The notes under the pieces are model-generated. The model saw only the letters and a program-made list of their open reading frames with translations. It ran no database searches and was not told where the DNA came from. Shown piece after piece: positions 11,575 to 24,338 of a stretch of DNA of 64,000 nucleotides. How positions within the stretch are numbered: position 1 is the stretch's first letter; each line of letters begins with the position of its first letter. This stretch comes from Octopus sinensis (Eukaryota), in assembly GCF_006345805.1 (NCBI RefSeq), contig NC_043004.1:97402001-97466000 (forward strand), written 5' to 3'. Made by a program: the position numbers and the translations under genes.

Positions 11575-14500
11575 GCCTGTTCAAGTATCATGAAAGCACG
11601 AAACTATTTGGTGTATTCGGATTAGCTGTCATTCGGTATGCTGTTAGAAATTGCTGGAGTGCAATATTGTCTATCACTTCATTGTTCGCCTTTTTCAACG
11701 CCCTCTTGAAAGTGTCAACAAAACATTCTACTTGTCCATTTGACCTAAGATGATAGGGCAGAGTGGTTACATGTTCGATGACGAAATTTTCTGAACTCAT
11801 CTGACGTAAATTGAGTTCCATTATCAAATACAATGTTATCGGGATTACCATACCTGGCGAGCAATTCATGTAAGAAAACTTATTGTAACCGCAGATGTCG
11901 GCTTTTTACATTTATGTACTTTCGGCTACTTTGGAAAACTGTCCACCACAACAAGGGAAGATGAAACCTTAAGTGGACTTGCGTAATCAACATGCAGTCT
12001 GATCCATGGAACATGTGTTTTTGGCCACGGTTGCCATTTAGTGGTACGTGCTTTTGGAGCTAAGACCCTCAATCTGCATGCTTTCACTAGTTCTTCAATG
12101 TCACAGTTCATTGTTGGCCAGTATACATAACTTCTCATTAACGATTTCACTTCTGAAAACCCCGGGTGACCAATATGAAATTCTTATAATAATCGCGTTT
12201 GTGGTGTGGCTGGTACTACAACTCTTTGTGCATACATCAACACATTGTAACACATTAAGAAATGGTTCGCATATTTTTTGTGTAGCCTTCAGTATTTCTT
12301 ACAATTTTTTAATGAATTTATCGTTTTCCGATTTTAATTTTGTCTTGTAAAATAACTGGCAGCTCACGTATGACGTTTCTCAAAACATTTTTAATTTCAT
12401 TTTCCCCTCGCAAAACAGCAATCCCGGTATCTTCCAATGGCTCCGCACTTTTCGAAATCGCACTTGATAGACAATCAGTATGACCTAATTTCTTGGATGG
12501 TATATATTCCAACTTGAAATCATAGTTTAATAATATCGTAACTCAGTGTTGTAACCTATCAGCAGTATAGATAGGAATTCCTTTCTTTGACCCAAATATC
12601 GATAATAATGGGCGATGATCAGTCTATAGACGACAACTTCTACCTTGTGAAAATCTGTGAAATCTTTTCAAGGCAAAAATAATCGCTAGAGCTTTTTTTT
12701 TTTTTTGGCTATAATTTTTCTCTGCTGATATCAGAGAACATGAAGCATGAACCACCGCCTTCATGTTACCATCTTTATGGAAGCACTCCGTCGGTTACGA
12801 CGACGAGGGTTCCGGTTGATCCGAATCAACGGAACAGCCTGCTCGTGAAATTAACGTGTAAGTGGATGAGCACTCCACAGACACGTGTACCCTTAACGTA
12901 GTTCTCGGGGATATTCAGCGTGACAAAGAGAGTGACAAGGCCGGCCCCTTGGAATACAGGTACAACAGAAACAGGAAGTAAGAGTGAGAGAAAGTTGTGG
13001 TGAAAGAGTACAGCAGGGATCACCACCATCCCCTGCCGGAGCCTCGTGGAGCTTTAGGTGTTTTCGCTCAATAAACACTCACAACGCCCGGTCTGGGAAT
13101 CGAAACCGCGATTCCGCTGCCCTAACCACTGGGCCATTGTGCCTCCACTACCATCTTTATATTTATGTAGCGTCTGAGGCTACAATAATCGCTACTGCAG
13201 GATCGAAGTGCGCGAACGACAAATCAGATATTAATATTTTTGTAATTTCATCAAACGCCTTTTGTCAACTTTCCGACCATTCCCATTTCATACCTTTTCT
13301 TGGGCAGATTATTTAGTGAAACCTTCACCTTATGCATATTTCGAATATAATTTTGGTAATAACTTGTCAGTCCTAAAAATGCTTGTATGGTTGCAATATT
13401 TTCGGCAGGGGCATATCATCTTAATTACGTCTGCCTTCGATGGGTCTGGTCGACGTCCATTTCTGTCAATGATTTGTCCAAAAGATCTTATTTTCAATAA
13501 GAAAAATTCACACTTTTCTTCACTGAAAATAAAACTGTAATCCCTAATCTAATTTCTTTCGAATACATATTTTATGTGCTCTGCGTGTTGATCTCTAGAT
13601 TCCCTTTTAATGAATATATCATCCAAATATGGAATTGCGAATTCACAGTCCACTAACATTGCATCCATAATCTGTTGAAAAATCGCTGGTGCAACTTTTA
13701 ATCCAAACCGTAACCTGTTGTATTTATACAGGCCTTTATGTGCATTTAATGTTAGGTATTTAGAGCATTCATCGCCTACTCTAATTTGCAGGTACGCGTC
13801 AGAGATATCCAATTTTGAAAGTATCTTGCCACTGTTTAATTTCGCAAAATTATCCTCCGGAGTAGGTAGTGGAGAATGGCACGTTTTCAAATATTTGTTA
13901 AAACTAGTGGAAGAATCAGCACACATTCTGATTTTATTATTCTTTTTATTATTCTGACTTTACATTCTGATTTTATTATTCTTTACACAGTTAGTGATAC
14001 CCATTGACTATATTCCACTATTTGGATAATTCCAATTTTTTCTAATCTCTCTAGCTCTAAGTTTATCTATTCTAATGCTGCGAACGGTACAGTTCAATTC
14101 GTTTTTGTTTAAATGTCGGTGTAACGTTTTGTTTTATTTGAAGCCCTACTTTCGTTTTGGTGTGCAGACCTAATTTGTCAGACAACACTTCAGGAAAAAT
14201 ATTTAAAAATAATTTTTTCAATTCGTCTGACGGTGCATTTGTCTATTTACATTTTTACCGGAAAGATTTATGGGGGAGGTTTCATAAGTTAAATAATTCC
14301 ATCCAGCCGGTTCTGAATAAATTTGTGGTATTATTTAGCTCTTAAGGTTTTTTTTTCCAGAAATGTAATGTTACTTATTCATTCACCCTTAAAATATAAT
14401 TCGTTTCTTGAAACCCCACGGGAAATTTCCGAAATTTCATTTAATTTAGACCTGCGGATTTTTTTTTATCATGTATCTGTGTTTATTATCGAGATATCGC

Positions 14501-15110
14501 TGCCCGTATCCAATTGCAATTTTACGTTTGTGCTATAAGTTTTACATACACAAGTTTCCTTTGAGACTCGTTCGTATTTCTTGTCACCGATAACCTGTTT
14601 ATGTGATTTTTTTCTGACGAATCATTTTTTAGGTTCTACAATGTGACTTTTTATGGCCCATTTTACCGCACTTGAAGCATTTCATATTTTTAAACGAACG
14701 GTTATTTTTTAAAATGTAGACCACAGCAAACATATCATGGATTTAGTCTTCACATCTTTTCTCTTTTTTCTTATTCGTTACCGGTCGACAAACTTGAACA
14801 TGAGAGCTATCTCACTCATCAATTTTATCTGCGTCATATCATGGATTTATAATCCTCAGCCATTCTTCTGTTACTGCTTATGAAGCTAATTTTTGGTCCT
14901 TTTCTACTTTTGTTAATATCTGGGAACATATATCTGCATCTTTGTTTGCAGTAAGCCCTTGAAAGAAAATTTAACACTTGAGCATATCCGAGATCAACTC
15001 CTTCAATTTGAATTTCTCACACTCTGTTAACGAAATCTTCGTCATCTTTTTTAACCAAATTTAAATATTACCAGCGAGTGTTGAACAGGGAACTTCTTTC
15101 ATTGGCACAA
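11575..15110 (-). mobile_element. Decayed Ty3/Gypsy (Mag-like) LTR retrotransposon internal region: gag-PR-RT-RNaseH-IN
   Basis: Gag knuckle CFKCGKMGHKKSHC (~14640-14680); protease LQLDTGSDISII (~14485-14525); RT LDISDAYLQI...LRFGLKVAPAIFQ...YLDD; RNase H TDHRPLLSIFGSKKG; IN RSYVYWP, RLHVDYA, PYHLRSNGQVE; many stops and frameshifts; no LTR recognised. Confidence 0.92.
12779..13148 (-). mobile_element. tRNA-derived SINE (family D-related head, different body) inserted in the Gypsy RNase H region, 12-bp TSD
   Basis: taccatctttat at 12767-12778 and 13149-13160; reverse complement head ggaggcacaatggcccagtggttagggcagcgg...ggtttcgattccc. Confidence 0.9.
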
Positions 15111-15867
15111 CTTTGGAACGGGGTGCGGTATAGGGTATCCAGCGACATCAGTCCCTCGCATTGTGTATCGCATATATGGTAGAGTGAAATGTTGGCGCAA
15201 ATCAGTAACTCAGTTGTCTTTCAGTACTAGCAGCAGAAATTTTTACATGGGAGTCGCCAAATTTGATGATGTGGGATTGCAACTGAGTTTGGATGATAAA
15301 CACGGGGTGGCGGGGGACCGTTGTCTATACTTGTGTGTAACATGGTTTATGATGGTATATCTGGATCGTCAGCTGCCAGTGGCTTGAAGATCGTTAGCAG
15401 GGAGTACATCAAGTGGCAACAATAAGATAGTTCATTCTTCCTGTTGATGGACACTGCAAGGTTCTGGAGTACGTGTAGTCTTTCGCGGAGACAGAATTCG
15501 TTATTGCAAGTATCAGGTGAGAAGTGGGGAATTTCTCAATGATATTCCATGTGATGTTAAGGAAGATTTTTTGATAGTTATAGAGTCCTTAGATAAAGTG
15601 AAACAGAGTGAGAGAATTTTTCCTGTCTCAAATCTCTCACTCTTCTCCAGATATTTGATGAGATGGAGACATTCTAAACAGCTTTGAAACTTTCAGTCAT
15701 AGGGAGCTGAAGCAAACTGTAATTAAAATCTATGTAACTCCTACAAAATGTATTGAGTGCTACCTTTCTTCAGTTGTTCACTCATGTATATGTTTATATA
15801 TATATATATATACACATATGTATAAAATTATACACGTACGTATACGCACGTACGTATACGCACGTAC

Positions 15868-15913
<46 letters not shown>

Positions 15914-15934
15914 GTATATATGTACATATATAAA

Positions 15935-16145
15935 CACGTACGTACGTCTTTGGACAAATTCCTTCAAACAGTACCGGACAAACCACCCACGCCCGGATAT
16001 GTCTCCGCAAACAATAACTCTCTGCTCGAATGGGCCTTGGTGCCCAAATCCTGAACTGAAAGACTTCGCCAGGTGGTGCTATTAAGTTAGACATGGCCTG
16101 GGCCAATACTGGCCAAAACCTTTCTAATTTATTCTAAGTTAAGTT
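15935..16145 (+). mobile_element. 3' end of a CR1/Jockey-group LINE
   Basis: [34 protein letters not shown] followed by a short UTR and ctaagttaagtta tail. Confidence 0.7.
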
Positions 16146-16594
16146 ATATATGTATATATATATATACGTATATATGTACATATGTACACACACAAAAATA
16201 TATATGTATCTATCTCTCTATCGATTTATGTATGTACGTACATACGTACGTATATATGTCTGTATGTATGTACGTACGTACGTATGTATGCATGTATGTA
16301 TCAGGAAGTTGCTTTTCAGTTCAAACCACCAACTTCAACTTAAGTATATAACTCACATCCGTGCATAGTATGGCATATTCGTTAAAACAGATGTTTTAAT
16401 AATGAGATGGTGGAAGTTTGGTATTTGCTGTGATACAATGTGAATTGAATACATATTTCTTTTGTGTTAACCTCGAGCTAGTTATGAAGAACCCGTCTTA
16501 TGGCAGACATGTAGTGAAATAAATGATGAGGTGTGATGTCAGCATCCCTCTCCCGACTTAGCCAATGAAATGCAGTTGTGTTACTGTTGAAGTC

Positions 16595-17285
16595 TGGTAT
16601 GGCCGTGTGGTAAAAAGTTTACCTCTCAACCACATGATTCGGGGTTTAGTGACACGTAGTGCCACCTTGGGCAAATGTCTTCTTCAAGAGGCTTGGAGCA
16701 ACCAAAGCTTCGTGAGCGGATTCTGAAGATGGAAGCCGAAAAGAAGCCCGTCATATACACATACACACACGTATGTATATGTATGTATATATCTATGTGA
16801 ACATTTTGGGGATCTTTGGTTTGGGTTAGAGATCACGGCGCTCCCACATCCCTGAGCCTGCGACTCATATTGGTACCAGACATCTTGCTCCGGCTTGTCT
16901 CTGGATAATGTCAATATAGTGGAGAGGGTCTATGAGGTGTTGTGCAAGCCTTATTGGAACTAAAACTCTGCACAGGCATTGCCGACCTCTTTTTATTTAT
17001 TATTATTTTTTTAATTCTATATATGTTCCTGAAGGTCAGCAATGGTCTTCCTCGGTCACGAGTGGACAGCCATCATCATACCTATGTGTATGTCTTTGTA
17101 TTTGTGTATGTCTTACACTACTGCTTCGCAAGTGGTGTTGGTTTGTTTATTCCTCCGTGTGTTAGTGGTTCGGCAAGAAGAGACTGATGAAATAAGTACC
17201 AGACTTATAAAGAGAAAATAAAACAACGATCGACCTTGGTGTCCTAGTATGACCGCTGTCTAATGACTGAAAAAAGGAAAGTTAA
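16595..17285 (+). mobile_element. Degenerate family A SINE split by an unrelated ~290-bp insert (~16800-17085)
   Basis: Head/core tggccgtgtggtaa...ccttgggcaaatgtcttct at ~16600-16685; tail ttagtggttcggcaagaagagac...taatgactgaaa at ~17160-17275. Confidence 0.6.
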
Positions 17286-17759
17286 AACATATATAAGCAG
17301 AGATACCGATTTTACTGTAACATTGCATAAAGGAGACATTAGGTGTCCCTTTAGTAATATTTCTGTAGTTTACCCAACTGCAATTCACACAATTTACATA
17401 ACCGTTCTCTTGTAATTGTCATCTTGTCCTCATTACACCAATGTACTGTTTCTTTAATCTTGTGTAAACATTACTAACAATACCACCTGAAGAAGCTGAC
17501 CCTACACTTTGTATAATGCTTCATATCTACTCCTCTTACACATATATCTATACTATTGCTCTTTTAATTACTTTCACTTTTAACTGCTTTGATTAGTTGT
17601 AAGAGGAAATTGAGCTAGAGTTGAAATATCAAGACAGCCAGTGATGCATTTGAAAAGTCGGATACACTTTCATGGTTTCAGGGTGGAATTTCAGTTGAGA
17701 CAAAGTTAAAGGTCTGCTATACTTGTATTTTGTTTCCATTGCTTCGTGCATATGAGAGA

Positions 17760-18290
17760 GGTCTTTGTCTTATTGAAAGGTTGCAGCAATTTCACTAACA
17801 GTGTCTCCACCGTATCCTGTGCATCCTATGACAAATGTAAGGGATGTTGAAGTCCTAGTAAACAGTCAATCTACCAGTAAAGAGACCCTATCACCACTTC
17901 AACACCGATTAAGATGAGGCGGTCATATGGTCAGGACAGAAGTCGATTGTAGCCTAAGCAATTTCTGTACCATTAGTTAGTCCAGAGTAAAAGACTAGTG
18001 CACAGAAATGAAACTAAGATAACAGGGTTGTGTAAAGAATACATGAAGAAGATCAAATCTTGGAAATTAGAGAGGATCATTATAGATGCCATCACTCTTG
18101 ATCATCCATTGTGGAAAAAAGTTGTGAGTGATAGCAAGAAGGAATTAGAAATAAATTGTGTCAGCTCTAGAAAGACGTTCGTGAAGGTGTTAATGTGAAT
18201 TTCCTGGCTCACAGCACAGTTTAACATGCAACAATTGTGGGCATGTCTATTTAACTAAGGCAGGCTTTAGAGGTCATCAGAGGAACCATA
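17760..18290 (+). mobile_element. Degraded RTE LINE C-terminus with Zn-finger
   Basis: QHRLR*GGHMVRT, PKQFLY, DHPLWKKVV, CNNCGHVYLTKAGFRGHQR. Confidence 0.7.
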
Positions 18291-18511
18291 CACACAGACA
18301 GAGGATAGTTGTTAACTATGTGGCATCTTTGTTTGTAGAGAGTGCAGAAAAGTAAGCACTAGGAGGTGAACTGAAACGCCAGGTGAATTATTGTAGCATT
18401 TAATGTAAGAGGCACCAAAGAAACCACATCCGTACTGCTTGTGTTTTAGAGAGTAACCAAGCAATGACATCACTTGGAATCGAGTTGCAGTCATTTCACA
18501 TATACATACAC

Positions 18512-18564
<53 letters not shown>

Positions 18565-18620
18565 TATATATCTATACATACATATACATATATGTACATA
18601 CATAAACATATACACACACA

Positions 18621-18675
<55 letters not shown>

Positions 18676-18684
18676 CTATATATA

Positions 18685-18838
18685 CTTTATTTAAGGCAGC
18701 AGAAAATTCAACAAAACCTGTTACTCTGATTTTCCCGTTGCCGTTCATAGGACAGTTTTTGCTAAAACTGTCCTATGAACGGCAACGGGAAACTCAGAGT
18801 AAGAGGTTTTGTTGAATTTTCTGCTGCTTTAAATAAAG
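18685..18838. repeat. Near-perfect 154-bp palindrome carrying a degenerate HHR-like motif on each arm
   Basis: Arms 18685-18759 and 18764-18838 are reverse complements with about 3 mismatches; cCTATGAacggcaacggGAAActcagagTA. Confidence 0.9.
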
Positions 18839-18972
18839 CATATTACTCTACCACTGGTATTTGAGTACTCTTTTTTCCACCTTGTTTCACATTTATGTGT
18901 TTACTCCGGTATATATATGCTTATATACATGTACATATACATATGTATATAAATATATATTTACATATGCAT

Positions 18973-19060
18973 ATATCACGCGATCACGCAACCGACCAGT
19001 CCATCAGATGTTGCTACACATCGCTGGTCACAATGCGTTCGCATTGTTTTAGCCTTCGAA
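18973..19060 (+). repeat. Short dispersed repeat, second copy at 51105-51175
   Basis: atcacg-gatcacg--accga-cag-ccatcag-tgttg-tacaca-c-ctggtcacaatgcgttcgcat in both, each within (TA)n. Confidence 0.8.
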
Positions 19061-19317
19061 TATATATATATATAGTGAGAGAGAGATGACATAAACATGC
19101 ACGCATACACTCATACAAGCACATGGTGGGTGTATGTATGCATATGTGTTTGTGAGTGTATGTATGCATATAAATTCTTTTAATTTTGTTGTTTATTATG
19201 ACTAATTCCACATAGTAAAATATGTTATTGAAAAACAAACTGTCACTGGTATTTAACTTCAGTGATTTATATTTTTTTAATATCGTTATGTACATTGCTT
19301 TTTCTAAAATATATTAA

Positions 19318-19911
19318 TCTTTATATATAAAAGTCAAGTTGTGTGTCTGTCTCCTACGATTTAGATTCCTAACTACTCCCACATTTTGCGGTGCAGTTTA
19401 ACCAAAACTGGGTACCTTATAGTCGTGATTCATATCGAGCCCTTCTGGGTATTAGCGCGCGTCTACGATGAGTCTACGATTTAAAATTAATTTACCATCA
19501 TTATTTTCCATTTTAATGCATTTTTTTCGTTATTATATAAGGGAAGTAACTCTCTAAAAATGTCTACGATGAGTCAACGATTTAAAAAAAAATTACCATC
19601 ATTTTTTTCCATTTTAATGCATTTTTCGCTATTATATAAGGGAAGTAACTCTCTAAAAATGTCTACGATGAGTCAACGATTTAAAAAAAAATTACCATCA
19701 TTTTTTTCTATTTTAATGCATTTTTTGCTATTATATAAGGGAAGTAACTCTCTAAAAATGTCTACGATGAGTCAACGATTTAAAAAAAAATTTACCATAA
19801 TTTTTTTTCCATTTTTAATGCATTTTTTGCTATTTTTTGGCTATAACTCTCTAAAAATGCTTTATACTTATTTCCCTTACAAACCCGAGCAACGCCGGGC
19901 GATACTGCTAG
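19318..19911 (+). mobile_element. Non-autonomous Helitron with an internal ~99-bp tandem array
   Basis: A|TC 5' end (tctttatatataaaag), GC hairpin cccgagcaacgccggg at 19884-19899, 3' CTAG|T, no TSD; four ~99-bp units at 19461-19860. Confidence 0.88.
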
Positions 19912-20089
19912 TACTTTATAAATATGTTCTACTAATGCTACCATAGTAAATTTGTTACTATATCACAGGTTACTTCAGAGCAAACTTAATTTCAAAACTA
20001 GCCTAAATGCATACAGACATGTATCAATTTATATGTTTGTTTGTTATCTATGTAATATTCCCATAGATTACAGATACAGGTGATTGTTT

Positions 20090-20395
20090 TTATTTACAAT
20101 GGATGGATAGGTGTCCTCACCTTGTTTGTTGTTATCACAATGTTTTGGCTGACATACTCTGCAACCTTCATCAGGTGTTCTGGTGGAATTTCAAACCTAA
20201 CCTTTTATTTGACTAATGGGGTACACTGTTCTCATTCCTAAGGTATGTTGCTGGTGTTATTTTTCTGTTGATATTATTCCCTACCTGGGACTTAACTTTG
20301 AGCCTGTGGGTTAGTAGTTTGTGCTCTTATCCACGGGCATAGAGCAATTATAGAGTGAATTTTAGGGCTTATAAACCTAGTATATTATCATTCAT
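20090..20395 (-). mobile_element. Family H copy (degenerate tRNA-like segment plus HHR)
   Basis: Reverse complement acacCTGATGAaggttgc...tcagccAAAAcaTTgtgata; gggttagtag and gagtgaatttagggcttataaa shared with the 38.5 and 36.8 kb copies respectively. Confidence 0.75.
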
Positions 20396-20469
20396 ATTTG
20401 CAGCAGGCCTGCTTAGGAGGTTATTGTGTCCTAGCATATGCGCAGCCTCTTTTGATTTTCGTATTTTCC

Positions 20470-20600
20470 AGTGGTGTTCTCTGAAGAAGGCTGGAGAGTG
20501 CATCAGCCAAAACGTTGTGATAACAATAAACAAGGTGAGGACATCTATCCATCCATTGTAACTAATGTACATAGTTTCTCATCTCAAAAATATAAAATAG
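20470..20600 (+). mobile_element. Inverted family H terminal segment with a degenerate HHR
   Basis: CTGAAGAaggctggagagtgcatcagccAAAAcgTTgtga; reverse complement of 20092-20175. Confidence 0.75.
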
Positions 20601-20920
20601 TAATTGTTTTTGACCTGGCAACTTTGTATTATTATTTGTATGAGTTGTTTTAGTCACAAGTTTTGTTTACACATTAATAAACTGCCTTAGATAGCAAGCA
20701 TCTGCTGTTATCTTTGGAAACTTGCGCTTCAGACGAGTGTAGTTTTTGATGGATTGTTATATAATAATTACACTGGTAAATTCTTATCCATATTTTCATA
20801 GTTTCCCAAGCAAGAAATGCAGACACAATTTTTTCTCTTGCATGGTAATCAGAGCTGGAGTTGTGGAGTAGGCTTAATGATACCAGGAAAATGAATAAAG
20901 AAAGTAACTGAAGTAGACAG

Positions 20921-21397
20921 CATATCATCATCATCGTTTAACGTCTGTTCTCCATGCTAGCATGGGTTGGACGGTTCGACCTGGGGTCTGGGAATCCAGA
21001 AGGCTGCACCAGGCTCCAGTCTGATCTGGCAATGTTTCTACAGCTGGATGCCCTTCCTAACGCCATCCACTTCGTGAGTGTAGTGGGTGCTTTTTACGTG
21101 CCACCTGCACAGGTGCCAGGCGAGGCTGGCATCGGCCACAGTCGGATTGGTGTATTTTACGTGCCACCGGCACGGAAGCCAGTCAAGGCGGCACTGGCTT
21201 CGGCCACGATTCGGATGGTGCTTTTTACGTACCACCGGCATGGAAGCCAGTCAAGGCGGCGCTGGCATCGGCCACGATTCGGATAGTGCTTTTTACGTAC
21301 CATCAGTCCAGGGGTCCTGGCATCTGCCGGGTGCCAGTCATAGGATTGGTTCAATTTCGATTCCGATTTCGATTTCACTTGCCCCAACAGGTCTTCA
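20921..21397 (-). mobile_element. SINE-like repeat (family E) with a (GAT)n tail and internal 63-68-bp tandem units
   Basis: catcatcatcgtttaacgtc...ccatgctagcatgggttggacg...ggatgcccttccta; units start near 21087, 21150, 21218 and 21286; mirrors 58250-58632. Confidence 0.85.
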
Positions 21398-21399
21398 CA

Positions 21400-22850
21400 A
21401 TGGAATAATTAAGTTTGGGTTCATCATAGGGAAAATAACAGCAACAACGATCTTTACACATGCACCACAAGCTGAGCTTACAGATGAATACAAGAACCAC
21501 TTCCAAGAGGCTCACTTGCAGACTACTTCAAAAATTGATGGCTGCAACCTTGTTAACAGTATTAGTAATTTTATCAAACATATTGAGAAATGCTCTGGTC
21601 ACTACTCTCTTATATAAATGACCTACTCACAACAGTAACAGTTTAGCCACTCGATTATTTATCTCTAAGATGATCATGCAAGCCAAGTAGACTTCGTACT
21701 TGCCAAGAAATAAGACAGAAAACTGGCTATGAATACCAAGGTGTTTCTCAGTGAAGTATATATTACTCAATATAGGCAAATGTTTAACGACTTTGGAGAA
21801 AGAGTGAGGAAGGTATGGAAGTTAAATATCTTCTCGGTTAGACATAGGTGTTTGCCGAAAAGAAAGAAAGAGTAACCCATGGAAAACAAAACAACAACAA
21901 CTAGGAGGTCACTAAGGTAACTAGATGTAAATGAAAGACCTAGGGGGTCTGTACAAACCATGAACAGAGAAACTGTTTGCAAGTTGAGAATTACATATGC
22001 ATTCAGTAAGTATACAGGAAAGTGTTTCTCAAGGTATCGTTCACCACCCTTACCATCTATTATAGTTCTTCAGGCCATATCAAAAGAATCTAAGACTGGT
22101 TATTCATGAGAATTGTTCTATGCCAATGAACTAGTTCTCAAAACTAAAGCTGTTGAATTAAAAACTTATTCTAAGCTAGGCATGGAGTCAAACACTTTTC
22201 AAGACTAAAGTTTTAGTTGGTAGTAAAGAAGATAGAACTCCATTGGAAATGAAAGCATTCTTAAAGAAAAAAAATGAACAGGTAGGAAATCTGCACTGAA
22301 CATCAAATGTAAGTTATAATTGCAAAAGAAGTGAAGTGGGATCACAGGTAGGCTGACAGAGAAGATAGACTGTAGAGAGTAGAGGACTAGTTAGAAGTAA
22401 GAGTGCTTGTGAACAAATTCTTTCAAAAGTGTCGAAGGTTCCTTTGGTGTTATTGATATCTTCTCTTTTTTAGGTAACCTGATTAGAAGTGCAGTAAAGT
22501 ATTATACAAGCATTATAGTTAAAGTAAGAATGTAGTTGAGAAAATTAGGGAACTGTTACCTCTCCTGGTAAGTAGGAATGAAGGGTAGATTTTTATGGTG
22601 TTTGTGTAGGCAGTGTGATGTTGAATGTTTGAGAAGCAAAGGCAATGAATGCAGAGGTTACATGAAGAGATAAATCTTTTCTACTGGATATGGGATAAAC
22701 CATTTCTACTGGATGTCTAATGTGTGCATGAACTATGAAACACAACTATGCTGAGAGACAATCTGAGTATAAGTGGTTTCAGAATGAGTGTGAAATAGAG
22801 AAGCTCTGAGCTTGTACAGATATGAATCATATAAATTATGACAACAGGGT
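21400..22850 (+). mobile_element. Heavily degraded RTE LINE (APE to RT/C-terminus)
   Basis: IIKFGFIIGKITATTIFTHAPQAELTDEYKNHF (APE-like), ELFYANELVL (YADD relic), KTKVLVG, SGITGRL, KIRELLPLLV. Confidence 0.7.
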
Positions 22851-23329
22851 AAACAAAGGCCTAGTTCTTAAATCACACTTTATTATTGTTAAATAAAGGT
22901 GGATGCACTGGACATAAGTCCCTAATATACAGAAAATGACATATGGTTATAGTTACAATGCTCTTGATCTTAAATTGGCTCAATGCATGCTAACCAGCGC
23001 AAAAAAGAAAACATTTGGAATATCTGATGTTTGGGAGTAGATTTGACAATTCACTCATTGTACTCGTCATAAGAGAGGCCTCGTTACTTTTAGTTCGCTA
23101 AACCTAAGATAAACAATTATTTTATGTGACCTCAGATTTTCAAAATCATGTCAGATTTGTTGAGGAACAATTTTTACTGTTATACTACTAAGGTTTAGTG
23201 AATCATACATATGTCCTTGGGCTACCAATAATTGTGAGTTGGTATAGGATCCAGTGCTATCATAAGATCATAAGCTATAGCCTTATGGGAAATTAAAAGG
23301 ATTGATGATGATATGTGCATACAGTGCAA

Positions 23330-23520
23330 GGCAGTGAACTGACAGAATTGTTAGCATGCCAGGCAAAATGCTTAGCAGCATTTCATCCATCTTTTTATTC
23401 TGAGTTCAAATTCCACTAAGTATGACTTTGCCTTTTATCCTTTTGAGGTCAATGAAATACGTCGGTGTAATCAGTTAAGTACCTCTCCCCAAATTGCTGA
23501 CCTTGTGCCAAAATCTGAAA
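23330..23520 (+). mobile_element. Degenerate family B SINE
   Basis: ggcagtgaactgacagaattgttagc...ctgagttcaaattcc...gactttgccttttatccttttgaggtc. Confidence 0.7.
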
Positions 23521-23906
23521 CCATTGTGTATATATAGTGTGCTTAGTCTTGCAACGTACAAAGTAACCTCGCTAGTGCCATGATGAAAGTTCTTAGCATA
23601 CAAAGTAAAGTGGTTGGCATTAGGAAACATGTCCAACCATAGAAAGTATACCAAAACTAAAATACTGGAGCAAAACATGGTGCTTTAATCCAGCAAATGC
23701 GATCAAGATGTCCAATCAAAGCCAGACTGGAAAGTGGATATAAAATTTATGATGACTTTGTTTTTCTTTTTATTTCCTACAAATCAACAAAAAATAAATA
23801 TAATTCTTCTGTGTAAGCAATCTCAATTTTTAAACTGAACTTCTATCCTATCAATTAACTGCAGTTATTGTATTTGAAGATTTTTTGATTAACATTATCA
23901 TCAACA

Positions 23907-24230
23907 TCATTTTCATCATCATTTAACGTCTGCTTTCCATGGTAGCATGGGTTGGGCTGTTTGGCTTAAAACTGGTTTGCTGGTAAGCTATGCTAGGTTC
24001 CAATCTGGTTTAGCATGGTTTCTACGGCTGGATGCCCTTCCTAATGCCAATCACTCCAAGAGTGTAGTGGCTGCTTTTTACATACCACTGTCATGGATAC
24101 AATTGATGTGACACCAACATTGACCACATGTTCAAATGGTGCTTTTTACATACCAGTCAACCAGCACTGGCATCAGCCATCACTACAATTTCCCATGACT
24201 TGACAGGTTTTCGCAAGCACAGCATATTGC
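23907..24230 (-). mobile_element. Family E SINE-like copy
   Basis: catcatcatttaacgtctgctttccatggtagcatgggttgg...ggatgcccttcctaatgccaa. Confidence 0.8.
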
Positions 24231-24338
24231 CAACATTTGAGGGATGATTATTATGCTCCAGTTATTCTTACACTCTTAGAAAACTACTATTTCTAAATCT
24301 CACAACGTGAGATATTCAGCAACAGTACATTGTATAAA

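Noticed and set aside
15130-15750. Candidate 5' LTR of the Gypsy element
   Set aside because: No second copy, TG..CA ends, PBS or PPT recognised
17486-17500. CTGAAGAagc hammerhead-like start
   Set aside because: No nearby stem II and GAAA pairing found
19560-19946. 128-aa repeat protein ORF
   Set aside because: By-product of the 99-bp Helitron array; it crosses the element boundary
21087-21300. CRISPR-like periodic repeats
   Set aside because: The intervening sequences are similar to each other, the array lies inside a eukaryotic SINE, and there are no cas genes
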